A stretch of DNA of 64,000 nt, from NCBI RefSeq assembly GCF_056746865.1, contig NZ_CM163382.1; one strand, written 5' to 3'. The notes under the pieces are model-generated. The model saw only the letters and a list, made by a program, of their open reading frames with translations, was not told the origin of the DNA and did not search any database. The position numbers and the translations under genes are program-made. Positions within the stretch are counted from its first letter, which is position 1; the number at the start of each line of letters is the position of its first letter. Shown here piece after piece: positions 49,879 to 58,448 of the stretch.

Positions 49879-50003
49879 ATTTACTCCTTTCTAACATCAC
49901 CAGGAAAAGTATAACGGATTGAAAATACATTGTTTATAAAAACAGCAGGCGCGCGGTAATGGCTGGATTGCGACACGGAGTTACTTTATAATCCGCTACC
50001 ATG

Positions 50004-50078
50004 GCCCCTTAGCTCAGTGGTTAGAGCAGGCGACTCATAATCGCTTGGTCGTTGGTTCAAACCCAACAGGGGCCACCA
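50004..50078 (+). tRNA. ileX: tRNA-Ile (anticodon CAU; lysidine-modified Ile2 type)
   Basis: GGCCCCTTAGCTCAGTGGTTAGAGCAGGCGACTCATAATCGCTTGGTCGTTGGTTCAAACCCAACAGGGGCCACCA; cloverleaf with CAT anticodon in loop CTCATAA; encoded CCA. Confidence 0.9.
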
Positions 50079-50088
50079 TACACAACAA

Positions 50089-50121
50089 AGGGTTAGCTAA
50101 TAAACCAGCTAACCCTTTTTC
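50089..50121 (+). terminator. tRNA-Ile intrinsic terminator
   Basis: AGGGTTAGCT-AATAAACC-AGCTAACCCT followed by TTTTTCTTTTT. Confidence 0.65.
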
Positions 50122-50176
50122 TTTTTCCTTTGAATTGGGTCAGGTAATGGGTCAGGTAAGCTTTTTTCCATCTGAC

Positions 50177-51022
50177 TCAGATGGCTGATAATTGTCCCGG
50201 ATAACGCTTTGCAATGATGTCATTTAGCCGATCAACCAGTTCTGGTTTTCTGAATGTGATATGCGCGGAGCCCTTCTTAAAGTATCTGATGCTGAACATC
50301 TCATCTTCATAGCTCTCTTTACCCTGAACAGACTGAATGTGCTCATCCAGACGAATAGTGATGTTTTCCCGATTGTCGGGGATTGGTTTACCGCTGAACA
50401 GGTGCAACATTCTTTCCAGATCGGCGAGTCGGTCAGCCTGTTGTCCGGTGATAAGATGAAATCCCCACCGGTCCCATCTCACCAGATTGTTGACGATAAT
50501 TTTACTGCCAAATTTACAGGGGCAATTGGTTTTGTAATTCCAGTTCAGCCCTCTGAAGACGTTGATCACCCCTCGCTCAAACACCTCATCCTTATTCTGG
50601 TGCAGTTGTTCAAATGTGCTCAGGATGTTCGCTTCGCTGATTTCCGGAAAATTATCGTACTCCAGTGACCGGTACCATGTCTCACGGGCCTGTGCATCCA
50701 TTAAGGAAAGCATCCCGGAACGTTGCATCAAGTCACGCCAGATTTCACGATCGAGATTGTGTGTGATGGCTTTCATTGCCGTTTCAGGTTTCTCCATGAG
50801 CCAGCAGCCACAGCGAAAATCCTGTTTCATCGCCCAGTCCAGTGCGGTTTTACCGCCAATACTTTCTGTCATTGCTGAGATTTCAGCCAGTTGCCGGATA
50901 AGTGTGTTGATTTGCAGCAGTGTACTTTTTCGTACAGCCAGAATGTGGCGGATACTGGTTGAGCAGATAACGTCCGTATGCCCGTTGACTACTTCCGGAC
51001 GGGAGGCTGTGATATCAGACAT
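50177..51022 (-). CDS. Uncharacterised island protein (281 aa; possibly DUF4942 family)
   Basis: Long clean ORF at tRNA-proximal end of island; family assignment from memory only. Confidence 0.55.
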   Translation of the reverse strand: MSDITASRPEVVNGHTDVICSTSIRHILAVRKSTLLQINTLIRQLAEISAMTESIGGKTALDWAMKQDFRCGCWLMEKPETAMKAITHNLDREIWRDLMQRSGMLSLMDAQARETWYRSLEYDNFPEISEANILSTFEQLHQNKDEVFERGVINVFRGLNWNYKTNCPCKFGSKIIVNNLVRWDRWGFHLITGQQADRLADLERMLHLFSGKPIPDNRENITIRLDEHIQSVQGKESYEDEMFSIRYFKKGSAHITFRKPELVDRLNDIIAKRYPGQLSAI

Positions 51023-51118
51023 AATCGATATTCCTTTTTGCAGATAAATGAAAACGCCAGCCCTGTTCAGGCTGGCGTCAGTGGAATGAAGTCTGGTGAG
51101 TGAGATGATGAGTGAAAC

Positions 51119-51316
51119 TCACCGGTTCGGGGGCTGAAGCTGCAGTTGGCGCAGGGTACGGATATCCTCCCTGGCCTGTTCAATACAGGACAACAGGGCT
51201 GTCGAATCCGTTTTATCCTCATCGTTGTCAAAGATAATTCCGGATTCACAGTCGATATTGTCCTGCAGCCACGCAATCAGAATATCCAGCGCTGTTTCCG
51301 TGGTTAATGATTTCAT
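51119..51316 (-). CDS. Small uncharacterised island protein (65 aa from MKSLTTET; possibly DUF957)
   Basis: ORF 51119..51361 trimmed to internal Met to avoid overlap with upstream ORF; acidic small protein. Confidence 0.4.
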   Translation of the reverse strand: MKSLTTETALDILIAWLQDNIDCESGIIFDNDEDKTDSTALLSCIEQAREDIRTLRQLQLQPPNR

Positions 51317-51327
51317 GTTGTTTCTGG

Positions 51328-51816
51328 TTACCAGTCGAAAGTGGGTAAATCCGGCAGACACCCGGCGCTGGCATCCAGATGAATAAGACTGACGCCATAA
51401 CGCCGGATGAGAGTGACAACCAGACGGCGGAAGGTTTTTGACAGGCCCAGACGTTTAAGGTGTAGCACCGGATACGACAAAGCATCGGTACGTAACAGAT
51501 ACCCTCTGCCTGTAAAATGAATCCATTCTGATTCGCCGGTGTCATTCGTCTGATGCGACAGCGAGTACAGCCAGGTGTTGTCCGTTTCCGTGATATGTGC
51601 GGTACTGCAGCGTATGCCGGTAAGGGCAGCAAATGGTGGCGTGCAGTCTGCTGAGGTCCGGTCAGATTCATCAACAACACGAAGGGAGTAGCCGTTATCG
51701 CAGATCATGTTAATCAGTTCAGCGAGATTAACACCATCAATGTCAACGACAATTCGCCCCATATTCAGTGCCTGTACGTTAACGCTGTCGGCTTCCAGTG
51801 TCAGGGTCAGTTGCAT
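51328..51816 (-). CDS. YeeW-like uncharacterised protein downstream of cbtA
   Basis: 162 aa ORF immediately after cbtA stop, position equivalent to yeeW in CP4-44. Confidence 0.45.
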   Translation of the reverse strand: MQLTLTLEADSVNVQALNMGRIVVDIDGVNLAELINMICDNGYSLRVVDESDRTSADCTPPFAALTGIRCSTAHITETDNTWLYSLSHQTNDTGESEWIHFTGRGYLLRTDALSYPVLHLKRLGLSKTFRRLVVTLIRRYGVSLIHLDASAGCLPDLPTFDW

Positions 51817-52190
51817 CGTTTCGACTCCTGATGCTTACCCAGGGTAATGTTATTTACCGTTCTGTAATTGTCGCGGGTCATCAGGCCGGTTGCCCGGCGA
51901 GCCCGGAGAATATCAATACTGTTTATTAACTGAGAGCGGGTACAGGCGCTGAATCCCGGCTGGTCGGTACGTACCAGTGCGTATTTTTCAACGAGAAAGT
52001 TCACCGCATCGCACAGTGAAATGCCTGCCTCAATATGCTGCTCAATCACACGTTCATCAGCGAACGGTGTGTCATTCAGCGTAAGGCCGTAATGCTGGTC
52101 CAGCAGTCGGGTGAGCAGTGTCTGCCAGATTTCAACCGGAGACGGGCGTGAACTGGCCGCCTGCCCGGGTAATACAGGTAATGTTTTCAT
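51807..52190 (-). CDS. cbtA: CbtA/YeeV-family type IV toxin (cytoskeleton-binding toxin)
   Basis: ORF trimmed to [23 protein letters not shown]...; family conserved sequence. Confidence 0.8.
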   Translation of the reverse strand: MKTLPVLPGQAASSRPSPVEIWQTLLTRLLDQHYGLTLNDTPFADERVIEQHIEAGISLCDAVNFLVEKYALVRTDQPGFSACTRSQLINSIDILRARRATGLMTRDNYRTVNNITLGKHQESKRCN

Positions 52191-52279
52191 ACTGAAGATT
52201 TTCCTGATATGCAGAGATGAAAAATGGAAAAGTGGCGTGGTGAAAGCACCAGGCCGGAGCAGAAGGTTATTCTGGATAG

Positions 52280-52648
52280 TTACCTTTTCGTTTCGGGCGT
52301 CGGATAAACAGCCATATAAACGTAGCCACAACTGCCGAGGGTGTCGGCTTCGCAGGTCAGCCCTTTTGCATACAGCGTGACGGTATGCTGATGGCGGGAA
52401 TTCAGTTCACCGCTGGTGAGCATGAGTTCCAGTTGTTTCATCAGCAGCGGAAAGGCCTGGTCCAGGTGGTACGAATCCGCGTCGCTGAACCGGCCTCTGA
52501 TACCGGCGCGGTCGGCAAGGTAATGCAACCGGTTGCCCTCCTGCACCAGACGGGCGCCAAAACAAGGTGTCACGGTACAGGGCAGCCCCCACCAGGGGCG
52601 GTCGTGATTGTCATCGGGATGCGTTGTCCCGGGCAGTGTGTCTGACAC
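52280..52648 (-). CDS. cbeA: CbeA/YeeU-family antitoxin
   Basis: 122 aa; [48 protein letters not shown]. Confidence 0.8.
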   Translation of the reverse strand: MSDTLPGTTHPDDNHDRPWWGLPCTVTPCFGARLVQEGNRLHYLADRAGIRGRFSDADSYHLDQAFPLLMKQLELMLTSGELNSRHQHTVTLYAKGLTCEADTLGSCGYVYMAVYPTPETKR

Positions 52649-52727
52649 AATAAAATCCTCACAGAAAATTGGTTAAGAATGGTCCGGTGGTGGCGATAAT
52701 TCTGCTCTTCTGAATGCCCTTCCGGAC

Positions 52728-52949
52728 TCAGTTCAGGGTGACGCTCATCAGCCGGACATACGGACCAAAACTGTCCTTACGGCGTTCTGCAAACACAGCC
52801 AGCACACCGGGAATATCCTGCACTTCACGGCCGGTATATGTATCCGTGCTACCGTGCCAGCGGTATTTGCCGGTACAGAACGGAAAAAGACGGGATGCCG
52901 GATGTTGTTGGTGAATACGCATGGCTTCACCACGGGTGATGATTTTCAT
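52728..52949 (-). CDS. YeeT/DUF987 protein
   Basis: 73 aa; MKIITRGEAMRIHQQHPASRLFPF; conserved partner upstream of cbeA. Confidence 0.7.
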   Translation of the reverse strand: MKIITRGEAMRIHQQHPASRLFPFCTGKYRWHGSTDTYTGREVQDIPGVLAVFAERRKDSFGPYVRLMSVTLN

Positions 52950-53017
52950 GGTGTGATACCTCTTAAGACAGAAGATAAAAGTGAAAACAGGTGTGATGTG
53001 GTGGTGACGGTGACGGG

Positions 53018-53494
53018 TTAAAGCAGACCGTGTTCCGCAAAGGAGAAAACCTGGCTGCCACCGACTATCAGATGGTCCGGTACCCGGATATCCACCAGGC
53101 CCAGTGCCTGTACCAGACGTTCCGTGATAAGGCGGTCTGCCTTGCTGGGTGTGACTTCACCGGACGGGTGATTGTGTGCCAGCACCACGGCAGCGGCATT
53201 GTGGTACAGGGCACGTTTAATCACTTCCCGGGGATGGACTTCCGTGCGGTTGATGGTGCCGGTGAAGAGGGTTTCACCGGCAATCAGCTGATTCTGGTTG
53301 TTCAGATACAGCACCCGGAACTCTTCCCGCTCCAGTCCCGCCATGTTCAGAATCAGCCACTCCCGTGCCGCATGCGTGGAGGTGAAGGCCACGCCGGGTT
53401 CATGAAGATGGCGGTCCAGGGTTTTCAGGGCCCGCTGAATGAGGCTGCGCTCGCCGGGCGTCATCTCTCCGGGCAGAAAAGAAAGCTGTTGCAT
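53018..53494 (-). CDS. RadC-like JAB-domain protein (YeeS/YfjY family)
   Basis: 158 aa; JAMM motif HNHPSGEVTPSKAD. Confidence 0.85.
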   Translation of the reverse strand: MQQLSFLPGEMTPGERSLIQRALKTLDRHLHEPGVAFTSTHAAREWLILNMAGLEREEFRVLYLNNQNQLIAGETLFTGTINRTEVHPREVIKRALYHNAAAVVLAHNHPSGEVTPSKADRLITERLVQALGLVDIRVPDHLIVGGSQVFSFAEHGLL

Positions 53495-53508
53495 TGTTCC
53501 GGCCCCTT

Positions 53509-53994
53509 TCAGTCAATGATGCGCATAATGGCGTTGCATTCCGGATGCTGCAGGGCGTAATCCCGCAGCCGGTAATAATGGACCGTCATGGCATAACACT
53601 CCGTACGACAGGCATGATGGCTGTACGTCATCAGACAGGCAGCAATGCCGGCGGCTTCCGGGCTCATTTCAGCGCGGTTACCGTTCATGGCACTGAACAG
53701 TACCCATGTTTCGTCATCATCGTCATCCGGTTCGGGTGCCATAAATGCCCCGCCGTTGTTCAGGGTGTACAGATTCCAGATACCACCACAGTAGTCTTCG
53801 CACAGACGATCCATCCAGCCGAAGACACGGGGCTCCAGGGTCACCCACTGTGGAATGAGGCCAAAATGCTGCGGCCAGAAGCTGATGCGCTGTTCATCAG
53901 GGACGAGGGTGGCAACCAGTTGAGGCGGGTTATTCTCTGATACAGCGGTTACGGAAACAGAAGGTGTGGTGGAATTATGCAAAACGGTTGTCAT
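53509..53994 (-). CDS. Antirestriction protein (ArdB/KlcA/YfjX family)
   Basis: 161 aa; family-typical C-terminal region; position upstream of radC-like gene as in CP4-57 yfjX. Confidence 0.7.
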   Translation of the reverse strand: MTTVLHNSTTPSVSVTAVSENNPPQLVATLVPDEQRISFWPQHFGLIPQWVTLEPRVFGWMDRLCEDYCGGIWNLYTLNNGGAFMAPEPDDDDDETWVLFSAMNGNRAEMSPEAAGIAACLMTYSHHACRTECYAMTVHYYRLRDYALQHPECNAIMRIID

Positions 53995-54084
53995 GAGATT
54001 ATTCCTTATAAAAAGTAAATGAATGGAAGAAGTCGCGGGGCAGGGACGGACATGAGTCAGAACTGCGCTTTCAGGGAAAAGGCA

Positions 54085-54903
54085 TCAGCGCATACTCTTC
54101 AGCAGTGTTTCTGCCATCACCCACAATGCGCGATTGAGCTTAATGTCGGTGTCGATGCTGTGAATGGCACGGGTATGGATACGTTTTCCTCTGGCACTGC
54201 GACCGGAAATCCCGCCTTTCAGCATATTCTCCTGGATGGTCTGATAAGCACTCCACAGGTCCTTACCGTAATCCTCCCGGCGTCGCGGTGTCAGAATGTC
54301 AGCAGCGGTGACGGGCTGATGTTCGTCACCATAACGGTAAGTCAGTGCCGCCTGTGCCAGCGCCTGGCGTGCCGGTGGCGGCAGGACCAGCGACTGCATG
54401 GCATCACGCTTCTCCTCAATCCGGTCAAAAACCCCCACCACCTCGTAAGCCCCTTCGATAACTTTCTCCACTACGTCTCCCCGGTGTGGAACACGCACTT
54501 CCCCCAGAGACTGACCACAGACGCATCCGTTCTGGCAGACGAACCTGAAGTAACCCGGCAGCATCTGGTAGCTGGAGGTACCGTCATGGGAGTTCAGCAG
54601 GATGATTTCAGGGACATGTTGTCCGTTTATCTCCCCGTCACGGCGCAGACGCAGCATGTGTTTGGTGTATCCCCGGCGGCCCGGGTCGCGCACGCGGGTC
54701 TGGCAGGCGAAGAATGGCTGGAAGCCTTCCCGCTGCAGGCTTTCCAGCACGGTGATGGTGGGGATCCAGGTATAGTTCTCGCTTCTGGATGTGTGTTTCT
54801 CTTCCCCGAATACGCTGGGGACGACCTGCATCAGTTCTTCACGGGTTAAGGGGCGGTCACGGCGTATCTGGTTCGCATAACCAAAACGACTGGCTAATCG
54901 CAT
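54085..54903 (-). CDS. DUF932 protein (YfjQ/YafZ family)
   Basis: 272 aa; MRLASRFGYANQIRRDRPLTREELMQVVPSVFGEEKH. Confidence 0.75.
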   Translation of the reverse strand: MRLASRFGYANQIRRDRPLTREELMQVVPSVFGEEKHTSRSENYTWIPTITVLESLQREGFQPFFACQTRVRDPGRRGYTKHMLRLRRDGEINGQHVPEIILLNSHDGTSSYQMLPGYFRFVCQNGCVCGQSLGEVRVPHRGDVVEKVIEGAYEVVGVFDRIEEKRDAMQSLVLPPPARQALAQAALTYRYGDEHQPVTAADILTPRRREDYGKDLWSAYQTIQENMLKGGISGRSARGKRIHTRAIHSIDTDIKLNRALWVMAETLLKSMR

Positions 54904-55174
54904 GATTTATTCCTTATGAATGAGTTAGCGGTGTAAATGAAAAAGCCGCGTCTCCCGGAGAAGACGCGGCCTGATGGACGAAATGAATGACGTTTATTGT
55001 CTGAGAAGCCCTTCACTGGCGAGCTGCGTATTTTTATGGAAGGAGATCACCCAATAACCCCATCGGGATCGGGCAATAACCGGCCAAATTGTGAACGATT
55101 CAGATGCCATTTGGCAGCAAAAGAGCCTTCGGCAATAAACGTGATGTACAACCCGGCATATCTGTTGCTCCCTG

Positions 55175-55207
55175 AAAGTAAAAAGCCCCGGTCATTATGA
55201 CCGGGGC
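55175..55207 (-). terminator. Ag43 intrinsic terminator
   Basis: GCCCCGGTCAT-TATGACCGGGGC hairpin followed on minus strand by TTTTTACTTTC. Confidence 0.6.
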
Positions 55208-55229
55208 CTGAAGGGGAGTGACCTGATTA

Positions 55230-58076
55230 TCAGAAAGTCACATTCAGCGTGGCCTGACCGTTATAGCCTTCAGCGCTGTTGCCGCTGACACTGTGGGCAT
55301 AACCGGCCTGAACGCCCAGAGTGATATTTTCCCGGACACGGGCTTCCAGTCCGGCCTGCAGGTCCAGTGACGTGCCATTCTGTGACGGTGAGAACGTCAT
55401 GTTACTGCCGGCTTCAGCTGTACCCATGCTCATGTCACCCCGGGAGCTGAAAGTGCGGATAACAGAAGGCTGTACCCACCAGTTCACCGGCAGTTCACTC
55501 ACACGGTGTTTTGTACTGTCGCGCAGAGTGTCACGGGATGAGGTGCCTTCGCCAAAGGTCATATCGTTGTGGCTGCCCAGACGGAAGCCGGCACGCACAT
55601 GTTGTGTACTGCCATGCCCGAACTTCACATAACCGGCGTTATCCTGGCCGTCATCCAGGGAGAGCCCCTGCCAGGTGTACTGCAGTTGTGGCTCCAGCAT
55701 CAGGTTGTCAGTGATACTGAAGGGCAGACCGGTTTCCAGTGAGCCCAGCCAGCCCCAGCCCCGGGCGCGGAAGTCGTTATTGTCCGATGACGCTTTCATG
55801 CTGTGGCGGGTTCCCTGTGCCACAATGTCAGCCCACAGGCCGGAGGACGTGTGTGTCAGATTCAGGTATCCGCCCAGGCTGCCGGCATCATCCCGGACTG
55901 TGCCGGCGCGGGAACCGTCATCATCCTTAACATCAACGGAAGAATGACCTGCAGCACCATACACCCCTGTCGTCAGAGACATACCTGCAACCTCTGTTCT
56001 CAGCAGGTCACCCTCCAGACGGACGAAGCCATAGCTGCCGCTGCTTTCCGGCGTGGCTCCACGGGCAATACCGCCGTTGTTATCGTGACCGAGATGACCG
56101 CCCTGAATGCTGAGACGGACGCTGTTATTTTCACCGTTTACACCGGTCTGATGGCTGCGGGAGCCTGCCAGAATCCGGTCATAGTCCATTGCCTGTGTCA
56201 GCATGGAGGCATACAGGGGGACTTCAGCACGATAAGCATTTTCACTGCGCAGGTACCAGTCTTCATCGCTGTCACGGTTCAGGGTGTAGTTAAAGGCACC
56301 GGCCTGAAGCGGGCGACTCAGGGCAAACGCACCTTCTTCTGTGGTGGCACCATTCTGTGCATCCACAACCCGGATACCCTGTCCGGAGGTTGCCACCCCG
56401 AGGTTACTGTTTCCGACATTTGTGAACGCAAGCCAGGTTTTGCCGGTTGCCTGACCACCATTAATCACCAGCTGGTCAGAGGCATTGCTGCCATCAAGGC
56501 GAACACGCATATTGATGGTGCCACCCTGACCGGTGAGGTTACTGGTTGTCAGTTTATGGAACGTTACCGGGGCGTTGCCTTTTGCAACAGCACGGCTCAG
56601 TATGGCATCCGGTGTTGTCTGATTGTCAAAGTAAATCTCCCCTGCGTTAACAATATCGCCGGTACTGACCACATCACCATTCAGTACCATGCTGGCGCCT
56701 TTACTGAGCTGTGTTCTGCCACTCAGACTTCCCCCGGCAGCCAGCATCAGTGTTCCACGATGTCCGACAGTGGTGTTGCCAGCCTGTCCCCCGGCATTAA
56801 CCGTAAAGCTGCCGCCATTTTCCAGCAGCAGGCCGCTGGCCTGACCGGATATGCCATCAATACTGAACTTACCGCTGGCATTGGTCCCCTCAACAGTGGC
56901 ACCACTGTCTGCAATCAGGGCACCACCGGATGTCATGGTGACACCTGTCGCCTTACCACCGGCAGACACTGCCAGGGTTCCGCCGTCATCCACCCGTGTT
57001 TTCTGCGCTGAATGGCCCTCCAGTACATCCAGGCGACCGCCGGACTCCAGAACAACACCGTCAGCCTTACCGTTTTCCACCGTGAAATTCCCCAGACGGT
57101 TGCTGCCGGTGACGGTTGCCGCCGTACTGGTGACCAGTGCGCCGCCCTGCTTCAGGGTGACATTCGTGGCTGTACCACCGGCGTTCACCTGCAGTTTGCC
57201 TTTCTGGTTAACGGTGGAGAAATCCGCCAGACCACCTTCCTTGATAATCTGCCAGCCGTCACTGTTTACAACAGTGCCAGACGCCGTACCGCCGTTGTGC
57301 ACATACTGGTACCCCCCATTCAGCGTGGTATCCAGTGCGTGACCATGTACAGTCTGGTCGCCGCCGGCATAAACCACAGTGGTATTTGCCGTTCCTTCAG
57401 CAGCCACAATCTGACGACCATTTTTATTGATGGTGGTGCGTACGGCATCTCCGTAGACGGTCTGCCCGGTATCACCATTTTCTGCATCCGGTCCCCCTTC
57501 CGCGCCGGTATTCACAACCGTGTCGGTTGCCATTGCGCCGGATTTGACGGCCTGCCAGCCCTTCTCATTAATGACGGTACCCGTTGCAATCCCGCCTTCA
57601 TGTATCCACTGCTCACCGCCGTTCAGAGTGGTGTTCACTGCCTGCCCCTGAAGGCTCTGTCCGCCTCCGGCACTGATAACCGTGTCTGAAACGCTTCCTC
57701 CGGCATTCACTCTCTGAAGACCACCACCGGTGACAGTAGTGTTGTTGGCGGTACCGCCATTTTGTATCCATTGGCCGCCGGTATTCGCCTCGTTATCCGG
57801 CCCATACTCCAGCCCGGTACTGATGGTCATTCCGTTGGCCGTACCGAAGACAATCTGGTTGTCATGATTTGTCAGTGTTCCGCCGCTCACGGTTTCTCCC
57901 GCCTGTACGACCGTGTCAGCAGCCAGTACCGGGACTGACGTGACAGCAGCAAGAGACAGCGCAACCGCCACACCGGTGCGTTTTCCCCGTGAGCGCGCCA
58001 GTTCGGAAGCCACCACCAGGGTGCCCGTAATGTGATTCCATACCAGCCTGTAGCTGGTGTTCAGATGTCGTTTCAT
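55230..58076 (-). CDS. flu: Antigen 43 self-associating autotransporter adhesin (short ~950 aa variant)
   Basis: ORF trimmed to MKRHLNTSYRLVWNHITGTLVVASELARSRGKR extended signal peptide; beta-helical passenger repeats; C-terminal beta-barrel ending ...YNGQATLNVTF. Confidence 0.9.
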   Translation of the reverse strand: MKRHLNTSYRLVWNHITGTLVVASELARSRGKRTGVAVALSLAAVTSVPVLAADTVVQAGETVSGGTLTNHDNQIVFGTANGMTISTGLEYGPDNEANTGGQWIQNGGTANNTTVTGGGLQRVNAGGSVSDTVISAGGGQSLQGQAVNTTLNGGEQWIHEGGIATGTVINEKGWQAVKSGAMATDTVVNTGAEGGPDAENGDTGQTVYGDAVRTTINKNGRQIVAAEGTANTTVVYAGGDQTVHGHALDTTLNGGYQYVHNGGTASGTVVNSDGWQIIKEGGLADFSTVNQKGKLQVNAGGTATNVTLKQGGALVTSTAATVTGSNRLGNFTVENGKADGVVLESGGRLDVLEGHSAQKTRVDDGGTLAVSAGGKATGVTMTSGGALIADSGATVEGTNASGKFSIDGISGQASGLLLENGGSFTVNAGGQAGNTTVGHRGTLMLAAGGSLSGRTQLSKGASMVLNGDVVSTGDIVNAGEIYFDNQTTPDAILSRAVAKGNAPVTFHKLTTSNLTGQGGTINMRVRLDGSNASDQLVINGGQATGKTWLAFTNVGNSNLGVATSGQGIRVVDAQNGATTEEGAFALSRPLQAGAFNYTLNRDSDEDWYLRSENAYRAEVPLYASMLTQAMDYDRILAGSRSHQTGVNGENNSVRLSIQGGHLGHDNNGGIARGATPESSGSYGFVRLEGDLLRTEVAGMSLTTGVYGAAGHSSVDVKDDDGSRAGTVRDDAGSLGGYLNLTHTSSGLWADIVAQGTRHSMKASSDNNDFRARGWGWLGSLETGLPFSITDNLMLEPQLQYTWQGLSLDDGQDNAGYVKFGHGSTQHVRAGFRLGSHNDMTFGEGTSSRDTLRDSTKHRVSELPVNWWVQPSVIRTFSSRGDMSMGTAEAGSNMTFSPSQNGTSLDLQAGLEARVRENITLGVQAGYAHSVSGNSAEGYNGQATLNVTF

Positions 58077-58293
58077 CAGCTTTTCCTTACAGAGGGTGAA
58101 TAAAAAAGCCGGTACCCACAAATGTGGATACCGGCAGGTACAAAACAGCATGGTCAGATAAAGTGGTTTTTCCCGGACATAAATGCTTCCCCTCTCTCAT
58201 CCGCCAGAGAAGTATCAGTCCGTTGTGTGCAATTCCGTTCTGCATGATGAAGAGATTCAACTGCCTTTTCGCAGGCCATTAACCACTATAAAC

Positions 58294-58329
58294 GATCGAT
58301 AGTAACGATCGATACCTGTTTTATTGATC
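58294..58329. promoter_or_regulatory. Three clustered Dam GATC sites (Ag43 phase-variation switch / OxyR operator)
   Basis: GATC at 58294, 58307 and 58326 within 36 bp (AACGATCGATAGTAACGATCGATACCTGTTTTATTGATCG) ~220 bp upstream of Ag43 start. Confidence 0.7.
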
Positions 58330-58448
58330 GTTTTATTCTATTGATTGCAAGGCGGTCACGCAAGAGAAACAGGAGGATCATGAGGTGTTTGTGTCATGTT
58401 TTCAGTTGGTTAACGCAATGTAATCAGGCATTTCCCCTGGCAGACTGT

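Noticed and set aside
55803-57011. 402-aa plus-strand ORF (and neighbouring 163- and 225-aa ORFs) inside the Ag43 gene
   Set aside because: Antisense to a strongly supported autotransporter CDS; the Gly/Thr/Ala-rich repetitive passenger sequence generates long stop-free frames on the opposite strand; no RBS or homology support.
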